61,611 nt of DNA from an uncultured Candidatus Saccharibacteria bacterium (GCA_964574865.1 CAZNOT010000001.1:1-61611); one strand, 5' to 3'. Counted from the stretch's first letter, positions 20,360 to 29,906 are shown. Notes: generated by a model from the letters alone, not told the origin. Numbers and translations are program-made.

Positions 20360-21208
20360 CTAGACGGCGAGGGTCGCCTGCGCGAGCGCGTACCGGCTCC
20401 AGCGGCGCTCTCCCTCCTTCTTTAGGACGCCCCTGGTTACAAGGGAGACGAGGGCCCTCTGGATCGTCTTCTCGCCGACGCCGGGCATAGCGTCCGATAT
20501 GTCCTTAATGGAGACCTTGTACTTATTCTTAACAATATCGATTATCTTAGACTCCCTATCTTCAATAGAGTCGCTCAGAGATGCGACGAAGTCTTTAGCG
20601 GACCCCTTAAAGGACATTACAGGTTTTACTGGCGCGAGAGTGTCTTTTTGGTGTCCTTTATAAGACACGTTCGGGTCCTTGTGGGAGCGCGACGTCTCCC
20701 GGCGAAAAGGCGGGGCGGCCACGAGTTCCGGCTCGCGGAGGCCGGAATCAAAGATTCGGCGATCGAGCGCGTCCGAGGCGCCAGAGGCGGTCTCGGCGAA
20801 TGCCTCGGCTAGGCGAAGGCACTCCTGGCGAAGCAGGGCGTAGTTCGATTCCGTTATCTCGCCGACGCGGCAGGCGAGCTCGAGGATCGACACGAGCGAG
20901 GCCGCGCTGAGGGCGAACAGGTTCGCGTCGGACGGCGCGACCGAGCCGCGTCGGCCGATCGCGTCCCGAACGCCAGAGAACAGGCCGAGCGCCTCGGCGC
21001 GGACCCGCTCACGCAGAGTGTCCGATACAACTCCGTCTGATACGACGAAGATTGCGGCGCAGATTCTCTCGGTCTTTTTGTATAAGACAAGATTGTCTGT
21101 CTTTTTGAAGAAACTAATTCGTTCAAGCGTTTTGATTGGCACAGAGGCGAGTTGGTCGTGCCTCGCCGAGTGACCGATATTGCCGCCTTCGGGTCGTGTC
21201 AGAGACAT
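20360..21208 (-). CDS. hypothetical protein with a C-terminal winged-helix domain
   Basis: The C-terminus reads IIDIVKNKYKVSIKDISDAMPGVGEKTIQRALVSLVTRGVLKKEG. The start was moved to the ATG at 21208 because the track extension overlaps ftsK. The exact start is uncertain. Confidence 0.5.
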   Translation of the reverse strand: MSLTRPEGGNIGHSARHDQLASVPIKTLERISFFKKTDNLVLYKKTERICAAIFVVSDGVVSDTLRERVRAEALGLFSGVRDAIGRRGSVAPSDANLFALSAASLVSILELACRVGEITESNYALLRQECLRLAEAFAETASGASDALDRRIFDSGLREPELVAAPPFRRETSRSHKDPNVSYKGHQKDTLAPVKPVMSFKGSAKDFVASLSDSIEDRESKIIDIVKNKYKVSIKDISDAMPGVGEKTIQRALVSLVTRGVLKKEGERRWSRYALAQATLAV

Positions 21209-21323
21209 ACGTGCGGCCACTATACGCCTAACGGACACCGCCGCAACAGGCGCGCGGCGCGGGCGATTAATTCCCCGTCGGCCCTTGGAAAATATGCGTG
21301 CTACTATTTTTGTCACTACCGTT

Positions 21324-23603
21324 ATGGCGCGACGCAAACGAGACGATAAAGAGAATGGCGACAAAAGCGACGAAAAGCGCGGACCTTTCGGCGATTTCAA
21401 GCGCGAGGTTTCGGAGGCAATTCTCGCGGTCGTTTTCTTTCTAGCGGCGGCGTTCCTCTTCTTCGCCCCGTTCGGGAAGGCAGGGGTCACGGGCGACACC
21501 AGCTACCGAATCCTAGGGTCGCTCTTCGGCATTGGGTACTACCTGGCCCCGCTCATCCTGATTGCGCTGGGCGTCTCCTACCTGAAGTCGCTCGCCAGGA
21601 ACCTCGCGGTGCCTAAGATGATCGGCAGCCTCCTCTCTTTCCTGGCAGGCCTCGTCCTCATCGAGATGCTGTTCTCCGGCCGCGGCGGGGCGGTCGGCGG
21701 CGTTCTCGAGGGCGCGGCGACCGCCGCCTTCGGCGTCGAGTTCGGCGCGGTCGCGATGGTCGGCGTTCTGGTGGTCGGCCTGATCCTCGTCTTCGACGCG
21801 CCAATCTCGCTGCCGAGCCTCTCCTTCCTCAAGCGGCGCGAAGAGGAGGTCGCCGACGCAGCCGACCTCAAGATCACTTCGGGTGGCTCGACCGTCTCCG
21901 AGGATGCAGCCAGGAAGCCGGCCGAAGATCCGGCGCCCGCCGAAACCTCTAAAGAAGACGAGCTGCCGCCCGCGAGCACCAACAAGAAGGGGACCGGCCT
22001 CATTTTCTTCTCCCCCAAGAAAGTGGCGGGCGCCTACCAGGCTCCCCCGCTCTCGCTCCTCGAGGAGGACTCCGGCAAGCCCGGCGTCGGCGACATCAAG
22101 GCGAACGCGAACATCATCCGCCGCACGCTCGGCGACTTCGGCATTCAGGTGGAGATGGACGAGGTTTCGATTGGTCCGTCGGTCACCCGCTTCGCGCTGA
22201 AGCCCGCGCAGGGCGTGAAGCTCTCCAAGATCGAGGGTCTGCACAAGGACCTCGCCCTCGCGCTCGCCGCCCACCCGATCCGCATTGAGGCGCCGATTCC
22301 GGGCAAGTCGCTCGTCGGCATCGAAATCCCGAACGTGTCGAAGACGATGGTCGGTCTGGGGTCGCTCCTCAAGCACCCCGAGTTCCAGAGCTCCGACAAG
22401 CCGCTCCTCATGGCGCTCGGCAAGGACGTGACCGGCAACCCGATCTTCGGCGACCTAGCGAAGGCGCCGCACATGCTCGTCGCCGGTACCACCGGGTCCG
22501 GCAAATCGGTGACCATCCACGCGCTCATCACGAGCCTCCTCTACCGCAACGGCCCGGACGACCTCAAGTTCATTATGGTCGACCCGAAGCGCGTAGAGCT
22601 CACCCTCTACAACGGCATCCCGCACCTGCTCTCGCCCGTCATCACCGACGCTAAGAAGGCGATCCTGGCGCTGCGCTGGGCCGCGAAAGAGATGGCCGAC
22701 CGCTACGACACCCTCGAGAAGCACCGCGTGCGCGACATCGCAACCTACCGCAAAGAGATCTGGGCCCCGTTCGCAGCCAAGCGCGCGAAGACTCCCGACG
22801 AGGAGCCGGGGCCAAAGGACCCGACCCCGATGCCGTACATCGCCATCTTCATCGACGAGCTGGCCGACATCATGCAGGCCTACCCGCGCGAGCTCGAGGC
22901 TGGCATCGTGCGCCTGGCCCAGATGAGCCGCGCGGTCGGCATCCACCTCGTGCTCTCGACGCAGCGCCCGTCGGTCAACGTCATCACCGGCCTCATCAAG
23001 GCGAACATCCCGACGCGCGTGGCGCTACAGGTAGCCTCGCAGATCGACTCGCGCACCATCATCGACATGCCGGGCGCCGAAAAGCTCCTCGGCCGCGGCG
23101 ATATGCTCTACCTCCCCGCCGATCTTCCCCAGCCGAAGCGCCTCCAGTCGGCGTTCGTGACCGAGGGTGAGCTCAAGAAGGTCGTGGACTACCTCGCGAA
23201 CGCGTTCGAGACAGACGGCGCGCTCCCCACGATTGACCTGGACGGCAAGGTGGCCGGCGACCTAGGTGGTGGCTCGCTCGGCGGCGGCAACAGCGGCTTC
23301 GGAGACGACGAGGACGGCGGCGACGACGACACCATGTACGAGGAGGCCCGCGAGGTCGTCGTGAAGGCCGGCCGCGCTTCGACCTCGTTCCTGCAGCGGC
23401 GCCTGCGGGTCGGCTACTCGCGCGCGGCGCGCCTCATGGACCTCCTCGAGGAGCGCGGCATCATCGGGCCGGGCGACGGCGCCAAACCACGCGAGATTCT
23501 GGTGCGGCCAGAGTCCTTGAACACCCCCGCCAACGCCATCGGTAACGGCGCGGTCGACTACGACGAGGACGAGGGTGAGCCGAGCCGAGGCGGCCTCATC
23601 TAG
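21324..23603 (+). CDS. ftsK: DNA translocase FtsK/SpoIIIE
   Basis: It has N-terminal TM helices, a Walker A motif (GTTGSGKS), FIDELADIM, the motor-domain segment HLVLSTQRPSV, and a C-terminal gamma-domain wHTH (YSRAARLMDLLEERGIIG). The start was set at the ATG at 21324 (MARRKRDD...). Confidence 0.9.
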   Translation: MARRKRDDKENGDKSDEKRGPFGDFKREVSEAILAVVFFLAAAFLFFAPFGKAGVTGDTSYRILGSLFGIGYYLAPLILIALGVSYLKSLARNLAVPKMIGSLLSFLAGLVLIEMLFSGRGGAVGGVLEGAATAAFGVEFGAVAMVGVLVVGLILVFDAPISLPSLSFLKRREEEVADAADLKITSGGSTVSEDAARKPAEDPAPAETSKEDELPPASTNKKGTGLIFFSPKKVAGAYQAPPLSLLEEDSGKPGVGDIKANANIIRRTLGDFGIQVEMDEVSIGPSVTRFALKPAQGVKLSKIEGLHKDLALALAAHPIRIEAPIPGKSLVGIEIPNVSKTMVGLGSLLKHPEFQSSDKPLLMALGKDVTGNPIFGDLAKAPHMLVAGTTGSGKSVTIHALITSLLYRNGPDDLKFIMVDPKRVELTLYNGIPHLLSPVITDAKKAILALRWAAKEMADRYDTLEKHRVRDIATYRKEIWAPFAAKRAKTPDEEPGPKDPTPMPYIAIFIDELADIMQAYPRELEAGIVRLAQMSRAVGIHLVLSTQRPSVNVITGLIKANIPTRVALQVASQIDSRTIIDMPGAEKLLGRGDMLYLPADLPQPKRLQSAFVTEGELKKVVDYLANAFETDGALPTIDLDGKVAGDLGGGSLGGGNSGFGDDEDGGDDDTMYEEAREVVVKAGRASTSFLQRRLRVGYSRAARLMDLLEERGIIGPGDGAKPREILVRPESLNTPANAIGNGAVDYDEDEGEPSRGGLI

Positions 23604-23605
23604 CT

Positions 23606-23965
23606 ATGGGTGTCAGCCGCCGATTCACCTGGAACTTTCTGGCCGGAGCGGCGATTCTGGGTTTCTTCGGCGCGTACGCCCTCTGGAACGCCCGAGACCT
23701 CCTGGGAGGCTCAGCGCTCGCCGTGTCGGGGCCGGAGGTGATCCAGGGCGGCGAGCCGGTGGCGGCCCTCTCGGGGTCGGTCAGCCGCGCCACCACGCAC
23801 CTCACGGTCAACGGCTTCCCCACCTTCACGGACGAGGCTGGCGCCTGGGCCGACTCCTACCTCCTGCGCCCGGGGCGGAACGTGTTCGTGGCCGAAGCTA
23901 AGGACCGCTTCGGCGAGACGGAGAAAGTCGAACGGGTGGTCTGGTACCTGCCCGAGCAGGGCTAG
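23606..23965 (+). CDS. hypothetical membrane-anchored protein
   Basis: The 119-aa protein has an N-terminal TM segment and starts 3 nt after the ftsK stop. Confidence 0.5.
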   Translation: MGVSRRFTWNFLAGAAILGFFGAYALWNARDLLGGSALAVSGPEVIQGGEPVAALSGSVSRATTHLTVNGFPTFTDEAGAWADSYLLRPGRNVFVAEAKDRFGETEKVERVVWYLPEQG

Positions 23966-24070
23966 CCCCCGCCCCACCCGAACGGGACGCCGTCCCGCTC
24001 TTTCACGTTACCGCGACCTGATCTCGGGGTGACGGGCACGCGAGGGAGCGGCGAGGTACAATGCCACCCT

Positions 24071-25162
24071 ATGGCTAAAAAGAATCAGAAGGAGGCGAAG
24101 GCGACCAGCTACGGCGAGGGCGGCGCGGAGCGGAAGTCGGTGGCGGCGACGCTCGCGGAAATTAGGACGAAGTTCGGCGAGGAATCCATCATGACGCTCG
24201 GCGAGACGCCGCGCGTCGACATCGACGTGACCCCGACAGGCTCGATTGGGCTCGATGCGGCGCTGGGCGTCGGCGGTATCCCCCGCGGCCGCATTGTCGA
24301 AATCTTCGGGCCGGAGTCCTCGGGCAAGACCACCCTCACCCTCCACATCATCGCGGAGGCGCAGAAGAAGGGCGGCATCTGCGCGTTCATCGACGCGGAG
24401 CACGCGCTCGACCCGCAGTACGCGGCGCGCATCGGCGTGAAGATCGACGAGCTGCTCGTCTCGCAGCCGGACACCGGCGAACAGGCGCTCGAGATTGTCG
24501 AATCCTTGGTGCGCTCGGGCAAGCTCGACGTCGTGGTCGTCGACTCCGTCGCGGCGCTGACCCCGCGCGACGAGATCGAGGGCGACATGGGCCAGAGCCA
24601 CGTCGGCAAACAGGCGCGACTGATGAGCCAGGCCCTGCGCAAGCTGACCGCCATTACCGCGAAGTCCAAGACCACCGTCATCTTCATCAACCAGATCCGC
24701 ATGCAGATCGGCGTGATGTTCGGTAACCCCGAGACCACCCCGGGCGGCAAGGCGCTCAAGTTCTACACGTCGGTTCGCCTGGATATTCGCCGCATCGCCC
24801 AGATCAAGAAGGGCGACGAGGTTATGGGCGGCCGCACCCGCGTGAAGGTCGTGAAGAACAAGGTTGCGGCGCCGTTCCGCCAGACCGAGTTCGATCTCAT
24901 GTACAACGAGGGTATCTCCCGCGAGGGCGAAATGCTCGCGCTCGGCGAGAAGTTCGGCCTGGTGCAGAAGTCCGGCGCGGCGTACTCGTACGGCAAGGAG
25001 AAGCTGGGTCGCGGCTACGACGCGGCGCGCACCTTCCTGCGCGAGAACGCGGACGTCTCCGAGAAGCTCCTCGCCCAGATCCGCGAGAAGCTCGCGAGCG
25101 ACGCGGCCATCTCGTTCCAGCCGTCGCCGGTCGAGGCGGACGAGGGTAGCCCGGAGGAGTAG
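24071..25162 (+). CDS. recA: recombinase RecA
   Basis: It has a Walker A motif ([10 protein letters not shown]) and the segments DAEHALD and [22 protein letters not shown]. The start is the ATG at 24071, 8 nt after a TACAAT box. Confidence 0.95.
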   Translation: MAKKNQKEAKATSYGEGGAERKSVAATLAEIRTKFGEESIMTLGETPRVDIDVTPTGSIGLDAALGVGGIPRGRIVEIFGPESSGKTTLTLHIIAEAQKKGGICAFIDAEHALDPQYAARIGVKIDELLVSQPDTGEQALEIVESLVRSGKLDVVVVDSVAALTPRDEIEGDMGQSHVGKQARLMSQALRKLTAITAKSKTTVIFINQIRMQIGVMFGNPETTPGGKALKFYTSVRLDIRRIAQIKKGDEVMGGRTRVKVVKNKVAAPFRQTEFDLMYNEGISREGEMLALGEKFGLVQKSGAAYSYGKEKLGRGYDAARTFLRENADVSEKLLAQIREKLASDAAISFQPSPVEADEGSPEE

Positions 25163-25172
25163 CTCGACCGAC

Positions 25173-25206
25173 GAGAGGCCCGGCTCCTTCCGGAGCCGGG
25201 CCTCTC
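25173..25206 (+). terminator. recA intrinsic terminator
   Basis: The stem GAGAGGCCCGGCTCC/GGAGCCGGGCCTCTC is followed by TCTGTTT. Confidence 0.65.
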
Positions 25207-25235
25207 TCTGTTTCGGGAGCGCTAAATATCAGACG

Positions 25236-25265
25236 TTGACTGCCCCACCCCGCATAGGACAGAAT
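25236..25265 (+). promoter_or_regulatory. candidate efp promoter (TTGACT-N18-CAGAAT)
   Basis: The hexamers lie about 55 nt upstream of the efp ATG. Confidence 0.4.
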
Positions 25266-25318
25266 CGCCCGCGTCTATTATTTTTGGCCTCTTTGGCCCA
25301 TTAAACCGACCCGACCCC

Positions 25319-25912
25319 ATGGCCAACACCCTCGACTACAACGAAATCAAGGAGCGACGCATCATCGTCCTCTACGGCGAGCCGCACGAGGTGCTCTCGT
25401 CGCACATCGCCCGCAAGCAGCAGGGCAAGCCGACCAACCAGGTTAAGCTCCGCAACCTGACCACCGGCGTGACCCGTCAGGAGGTCTTCCGCATGACCGA
25501 CACCGCCGAGGAGGCCGACGTCACCAAGCGCAAGTCCGTCTTCATGTTCAAGAAAGACAACCGCCAGACCAACACCACCGAGTACTGGTTCCACGACGAG
25601 AAGGACCGCTCGAACCGCTTCATGATCTCGGGCGCTGTCATCGAGGAGAAGGCGAAGTTCCTCAAGGAGGGCACGCTCGTCGACGCCGTCTTCTTCAACG
25701 AGGACCGCGTCATCAGCGTGAACCTGCCGGTGAAGATGGACCTCAAGGTCGTCGACGCCCCCGCGGCCGTGAAGGGCGACACCGCCCGCGGCGGCGGCAC
25801 CAAGGCCGCGATCCTCGAGACCGGCGCGAGCATCCAGGTTCCCCTCTTCATCGCCGAGGGCGACGTGATTCGGGTGAACACCGAGACCGAGGAGTACGTA
25901 GAAAGGGCTTAG
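25319..25912 (+). CDS. efp: elongation factor P
   Basis: The 197-aa protein has the typical EF-P N-terminus with the loop ARKQQGKPTNQVKLRNL, followed by OB domains. Confidence 0.9.
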   Translation: MANTLDYNEIKERRIIVLYGEPHEVLSSHIARKQQGKPTNQVKLRNLTTGVTRQEVFRMTDTAEEADVTKRKSVFMFKKDNRQTNTTEYWFHDEKDRSNRFMISGAVIEEKAKFLKEGTLVDAVFFNEDRVISVNLPVKMDLKVVDAPAAVKGDTARGGGTKAAILETGASIQVPLFIAEGDVIRVNTETEEYVERA

Positions 25913-25926
25913 CCTTCGTCCGCGGG

Positions 25927-26027
25927 AAACTCCATTCGCCGTTAAAAACCGCCTCCTACGCCTCGGAGTACATGCGTACACCGTCCGGCTAGGGAGAGCG
26001 GTTTTTTCCTGGCGACTGTCGCCTCCG
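25927..26027 (+). repeat. terminator-associated repeat, copy T2 (after efp, plus orientation)
   Basis: It reads ACTCCATTC...AAAAACCGCCTCC-[CCTCGGAGTACATGCGTACACCGTCCGG]-GGGAGAGCGGTTTTTT...CGACTGTCGCC. This is the same element as T1/T3 in the opposite orientation, matching the orientation of the upstream gene. Confidence 0.75.
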
Positions 26028-26083
26028 TGCCAGCTTTAGCTAAATACAGGCGGAACGAGCCGCAAGCTCGGCCAGGCTGCAAA

Positions 26084-26183
26084 GGCGACAGTCGGAGGCG
26101 AGACGGAACGAAAAAAGCCCGACCGCGTACGCATGTACGCCGAGGGCTTTTTCGTTCGTCGCAGCCCCGAATGGAGTCTGGAA
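26084..26183 (-). repeat. terminator-associated repeat, copy T3 (after rpsR)
   Basis: It abuts the rpsR stop codon. The tip reads gaccgcgtacgcatgtacgccgagg (26121-26145). Confidence 0.8.
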
Positions 26184-26390
26184 CTACCGCGCCACGAAGG
26201 GCAAAAGACCCATGAAGCGAGCGCGCTTGATCGCGTCCGAGAGCTGGCGCTGCATCTTGGAGGACACGCCCGTGCGGGTGCCCGAGAGAATGCGGCCGTG
26301 CGGGTTAATAAACTTGCGGAGCACCTCGACGTCCTTGTAGTCGATGAAGGTGATCCCGTGCTGCTTGAAGAAGCAATCGTTGCGGTTCAT
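26184..26390 (-). CDS. rpsR: 30S ribosomal protein S18
   Basis: The 68-aa protein reads FIDYKDVEVLRKFINPHGRILSGTRTGVSSKMQRQLSDAIKRARFMGLLPF. Confidence 0.9.
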   Translation of the reverse strand: MNRNDCFFKQHGITFIDYKDVEVLRKFINPHGRILSGTRTGVSSKMQRQLSDAIKRARFMGLLPFVAR

Positions 26391-26414
26391 CTTGGGTTTC
26401 TTAGAGTCTTAAAG

Positions 26415-26879
26415 TTAGAACGGGATGTCCTCGGGGTTGATGTCCTCCGTCGGGTAGTTGATAGCGGGCTCGGGGGCCGAGGCGGGAGCGGCGTGCGCGC
26501 CGCCGGTCGAAGCGCCGCCCTCGCTCGCGAACGAGCTCGAGCCGGCGCCGCCTGCCTTGGGTCCGAACTGGACGGTGTCGGCCACAATCTCGGTGCGGTA
26601 GTTCTTCTTGCCGTCCGGTCCGTCCCAGGAGCGGGTCTGGATGCGGCCCTCGACGAGCACGCTCTGGCCCTTCTTGAGGTAGGTCGCGGAGGTTTCCGCG
26701 ACGCGGCCGAAGACGACGATGTTGTGGAAGTCGGTCGCCTCTTTCTTGGCGCCAGACGCATCTTTCCAAACGCGGTTGGTGGCGACGCCGAACTCGCAGG
26801 CTTTCTGGCCGGAGGGCAGGGCTTTGAGAACCGGGTCGCGGGTAAGGTTGCCGATCAGGATTGCGCGGTTGAGGTACAT
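26415..26879 (-). CDS. ssb: single-stranded DNA-binding protein
   Basis: It has an OB-fold N-terminus (MYLNRAILIGNLTRDP), a Gly/Ala-rich linker and an acidic DIPF tail. Confidence 0.9.
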   Translation of the reverse strand: MYLNRAILIGNLTRDPVLKALPSGQKACEFGVATNRVWKDASGAKKEATDFHNIVVFGRVAETSATYLKKGQSVLVEGRIQTRSWDGPDGKKNYRTEIVADTVQFGPKAGGAGSSSFASEGGASTGGAHAAPASAPEPAINYPTEDINPEDIPF

Positions 26880-26897
26880 GCGCCTAGTTTACCAGCG

Positions 26898-27419
26898 CTA
26901 CGCCTCGGCGCGGCCGGCCTTGTTCTCCTCTTTCTGGGCCTCGACGACGGCCTCCGGGACCGCCTCGGCGGCAGCCTCGGCCGGAGCCGCGGCCTCGTCG
27001 GACTCCTCGCGGGAGGACTCGCGGCGCTTCTTCTCGGCCTCGCGGAGCTCGGCGGCGAGCGCGGCGGTGGTCTTCTCGGAATCCGGCACCGTCAGGACGA
27101 CGATGTGGCGGATCACGGCGACGTCGCGCGCGAGTTCCTCGTTGATGAGGGTGAGCGCCTCCGGCTCGGCCTCGAACTTGAAGTGGCCGAAGAAGGCCGT
27201 GTCGTACTTCTGGTACTTGCCCTCGACCTCCTTGCGGATGGTGTAGGCCAGACGTACCTGGTGCGGCTCGCCGTGAGACACGACTTCCCCGCCCGCTTTC
27301 TGGATAAGGCTTTTAATCTTTTCCGCTGCCCCGCGGATACCGTCTTCGCCGAGCGTCGGGGCGATCTGGAAGCCAACCTCGTAGAGGCGGACTCGCTCGG
27401 ACTTTTCGTTGTTTGTCAT
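26898..27419 (-). CDS. rpsF: 30S ribosomal protein S6 with a C-terminal acidic/Ala-rich extension
   Basis: It has an S6-like core (YEVGFQI..., HGEPHQVRLAYTIRKE) in the canonical rpsF-ssb-rpsR order. Confidence 0.85.
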   Translation of the reverse strand: MTNNEKSERVRLYEVGFQIAPTLGEDGIRGAAEKIKSLIQKAGGEVVSHGEPHQVRLAYTIRKEVEGKYQKYDTAFFGHFKFEAEPEALTLINEELARDVAVIRHIVVLTVPDSEKTTAALAAELREAEKKRRESSREESDEAAAPAEAAAEAVPEAVVEAQKEENKAGRAEA

Positions 27420-27478
27420 ACGGGCGGGAAACTACCACGCGAACGGTGAAGCCGCAATAAGGCCCTTATGGGTCCGCG

Positions 27479-28294
27479 CTAGAAGCTAAAAACGCGGCGA
27501 GCGTTCCGGAGGAGAGTTTCGGCCGCTTCGGCCTCCCCCGCCCCCTTGAGGGCCGCCAGGGCGCGGACAACCTCCCAGACGAAGGCGGGCTCGTTGCGCT
27601 TACCGCGGTGCGGGACGGGGGCGACATACGGGCAGTCGGTCTCGGAGAGGATGCGGTCCCAGGGCGCGAAGCGGACCAGCAGGGCGTAGCTCTCGGCGAA
27701 GGTGATGACGCCCGTGAACGAGACGGTGAAGCCCCGATCGAGGATGGCGCGCAGGTGGTCCTCGGAGCCGGCGAAGAAGTGGAAGTTGGCGGTGGGCGCG
27801 AGGCCGCCGCGCGCGGCCTCGTCGAAGATGCCGAGCACGTCGTCGTAGGCGTCGCGGCAGTGAATCATGAGCGGCTTCCCCGCCGCCGCGGCGATGGCGA
27901 TCTGACCCTCGAACGCGGCGCGCTGGAGCGCCTTCGCGGCGGCCTCGTTCTCGGCGGGCAGACGCGAGTAGTCGAGGCCACACTCGCCGATCGCGACCGC
28001 GGCGGGGTTCTCGGCGAGGCCCGCGAAGACGGCGGCGTCCCAAGCCTCCCCTTCCTCCTCCGTCGAGCCGCCCTTCACGTAGAGCGGGTGAAGGCCAACG
28101 GTGGCGTAGCGGCCATCGCCGGAAAGTTCAATCGCGCGGGCGGACGATTCGGCGGAGACGCCGACGGCAATCGACGCGACGCCCGCCTCTTTGGCGCGCG
28201 CGACAACCTCGTCGCGGTCTGCGTCGTAAACGTCGAAGTTGAGATGCCCGTGGCAGTCGGTCGCGCGGACCCAAGACGGGAGAGGCTGCGTCAT
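27479..28294 (-). CDS. tatD: TatD-family metal-dependent hydrolase
   Basis: The 271-aa protein has the segments DCHGHLNF, IGECGLDY, MIHCRDA and SETDCPYVAP. Confidence 0.85.
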   Translation of the reverse strand: MTQPLPSWVRATDCHGHLNFDVYDADRDEVVARAKEAGVASIAVGVSAESSARAIELSGDGRYATVGLHPLYVKGGSTEEEGEAWDAAVFAGLAENPAAVAIGECGLDYSRLPAENEAAAKALQRAAFEGQIAIAAAAGKPLMIHCRDAYDDVLGIFDEAARGGLAPTANFHFFAGSEDHLRAILDRGFTVSFTGVITFAESYALLVRFAPWDRILSETDCPYVAPVPHRGKRNEPAFVWEVVRALAALKGAGEAEAAETLLRNARRVFSF

Positions 28295-28297
28295 TGC

Positions 28298-29740
28298 CTA
28301 CGCTTCGACGCGGGGGTAAATCGGCTCGGGCTTCGCGTTGGCGCGCAGCGCGGCGAGCACAGCGGCGGCGCCCTTGGGGACGATAGGCTCGGCCATGCGG
28401 GCGATTTCGAAGAGGGACTGGCGCATCTCGGCGAGGAGGACCTTCGCGCGCGGGAGGTCGGTCTTCACGAGCTTGAACGGCTCGGTCTCCTGAATCTTGC
28501 GGTCGAGCGCGCCGATCTGCTCCCAGGCGAAATCGGCCGCGGCCTTGAGGTTCCACGAGTGGAAGCCGGCGAGGTAGACCTCGGGCAGATTGGTCTCGAC
28601 GAGCTCGGAACCTTCCGGCAGGTGCATTTCGGACAGCGTGAGAATGCGGCTCGCGAGGTTGCCGAAGCCGTTCTGGAGGCCCGAGCGGTAGCTCTCGGCG
28701 AAGCGGGCGGCGGTGAAGTCGGAGTCCTCGAAGGGGCTAAGCTCGCGGATGGCGAAGAAGCGGAGCGCGTCGGAGCCGTGCGTCGCGACGAGCGCGAGCG
28801 GGTCGACGACGTTGCCGAGCGTCTTGGACATTTTCTGGCCGTCGGAGGTGATGAATCCGTTGACCACGACGCGGCGGGACGGCGGGAGCTCGGCGGCGAG
28901 GAGCATCGCCTGCCAGCGGAGTGATTGCTGCGCGAGGTTGTCCTTGCCGCAGAACTGCGTCGGCTCCCCTTCCCCCCAGTAGCGGCCGAAGCGCGCCTCG
29001 TCCTCGGGCCAGCCGAGGCACGAGATGTAGTTCACGAGCGCGTCGAACCAGACGTACATCACGTGGTCGGCGTCGTCCGGGACCGGAATCCCCCACGGCA
29101 TCTTGGCCGCGAGGCGCGAGACGCTGAAGTCCTCGAGGCCCTGCGCGATGAGCCCGCGCGCCTCGCGGGCGCGCTCGTCGGGCACGACGAAGTCGTGGTG
29201 CGCGGCGAGCAGATCCGAGAGCTGCTGCGCGAACTTCGAGAACGCGAAGAAGTAGTTTTCCTCTTCAATTTCCTCGGGCACCTTGCCGGGGTGGTGCGGG
29301 CAGCTGCCGTCCGGGAGCAGATCCTTCTCGGTCACGAACATCTCGCAGCCGACGCAGTAGAGGCCGCGGTAGGCTTTCTTGTAGATGTGGCCGTTCGCCG
29401 CGACGCGGCGCCAGAACTCCTGGGCGGCCGTTTTGTGGTGCGCGTCGGTGGTGCGGGTGAAGGCGTCCCAGGTGAGGTCGAGGGAGTCCTTGAGCGCGCG
29501 GAAGGGCGCGGACATCTCGTCGACGAACGCCTGCGGATCCTTCCCCTCCTCCTTCGCACGCTGGAGGATTTTGGTGCCGTGCTCGTCGGTGCCGGTGTTG
29601 AAGAAGACGTCGCGGCCACGAGCGCGGTGGAAACGCGCCGCCGCGTCGGCGCGAACAATCTCCACGGCGAAGCCGATGTGGGGCGCGCCGTTGACGTACG
29701 GGAGCGTGGTGGTGAGGTAGAGGGGCTGGCGATGTTCCAT
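28298..29740 (-). CDS. metG: methionyl-tRNA synthetase (short form)
   Basis: It has a HIGH-type motif (PYVNGAPHIGF), KMSKTLGN, and WFDALVNY. Confidence 0.9.
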   Translation of the reverse strand: MEHRQPLYLTTTLPYVNGAPHIGFAVEIVRADAAARFHRARGRDVFFNTGTDEHGTKILQRAKEEGKDPQAFVDEMSAPFRALKDSLDLTWDAFTRTTDAHHKTAAQEFWRRVAANGHIYKKAYRGLYCVGCEMFVTEKDLLPDGSCPHHPGKVPEEIEEENYFFAFSKFAQQLSDLLAAHHDFVVPDERAREARGLIAQGLEDFSVSRLAAKMPWGIPVPDDADHVMYVWFDALVNYISCLGWPEDEARFGRYWGEGEPTQFCGKDNLAQQSLRWQAMLLAAELPPSRRVVVNGFITSDGQKMSKTLGNVVDPLALVATHGSDALRFFAIRELSPFEDSDFTAARFAESYRSGLQNGFGNLASRILTLSEMHLPEGSELVETNLPEVYLAGFHSWNLKAAADFAWEQIGALDRKIQETEPFKLVKTDLPRAKVLLAEMRQSLFEIARMAEPIVPKGAAAVLAALRANAKPEPIYPRVEA

Positions 29741-29797
29741 AGAACCAGAGATTACGCTGTGGCGGACGCAGCGTCGAGTACCGGGCGGCTAGAGCGT

Positions 29798-29906
29798 GCC
29801 CAAAAGCCCCGCCCAGCGAGGCGCCGAGGAGCGAGAAACCGAGGCGTACTGATGTACGGTGAGGGTTCGCGTGACGACGGCAACGAAGCTGGCGGGGCTT
29901 TTGGGC
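29798..29906 (-). repeat. terminator-associated repeat, copy T4 (after the AI-2E transporter gene)
   Basis: The outer stem GCCCAAAAGCCCCGCC/GGCGGGGCTTTTGGGC encloses cgaggcgtactgatgtacggtgaggg. This matches the family tip pattern GAxGGYGTAC-N3-TGTAC-N3-GAGGG. Confidence 0.6.
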
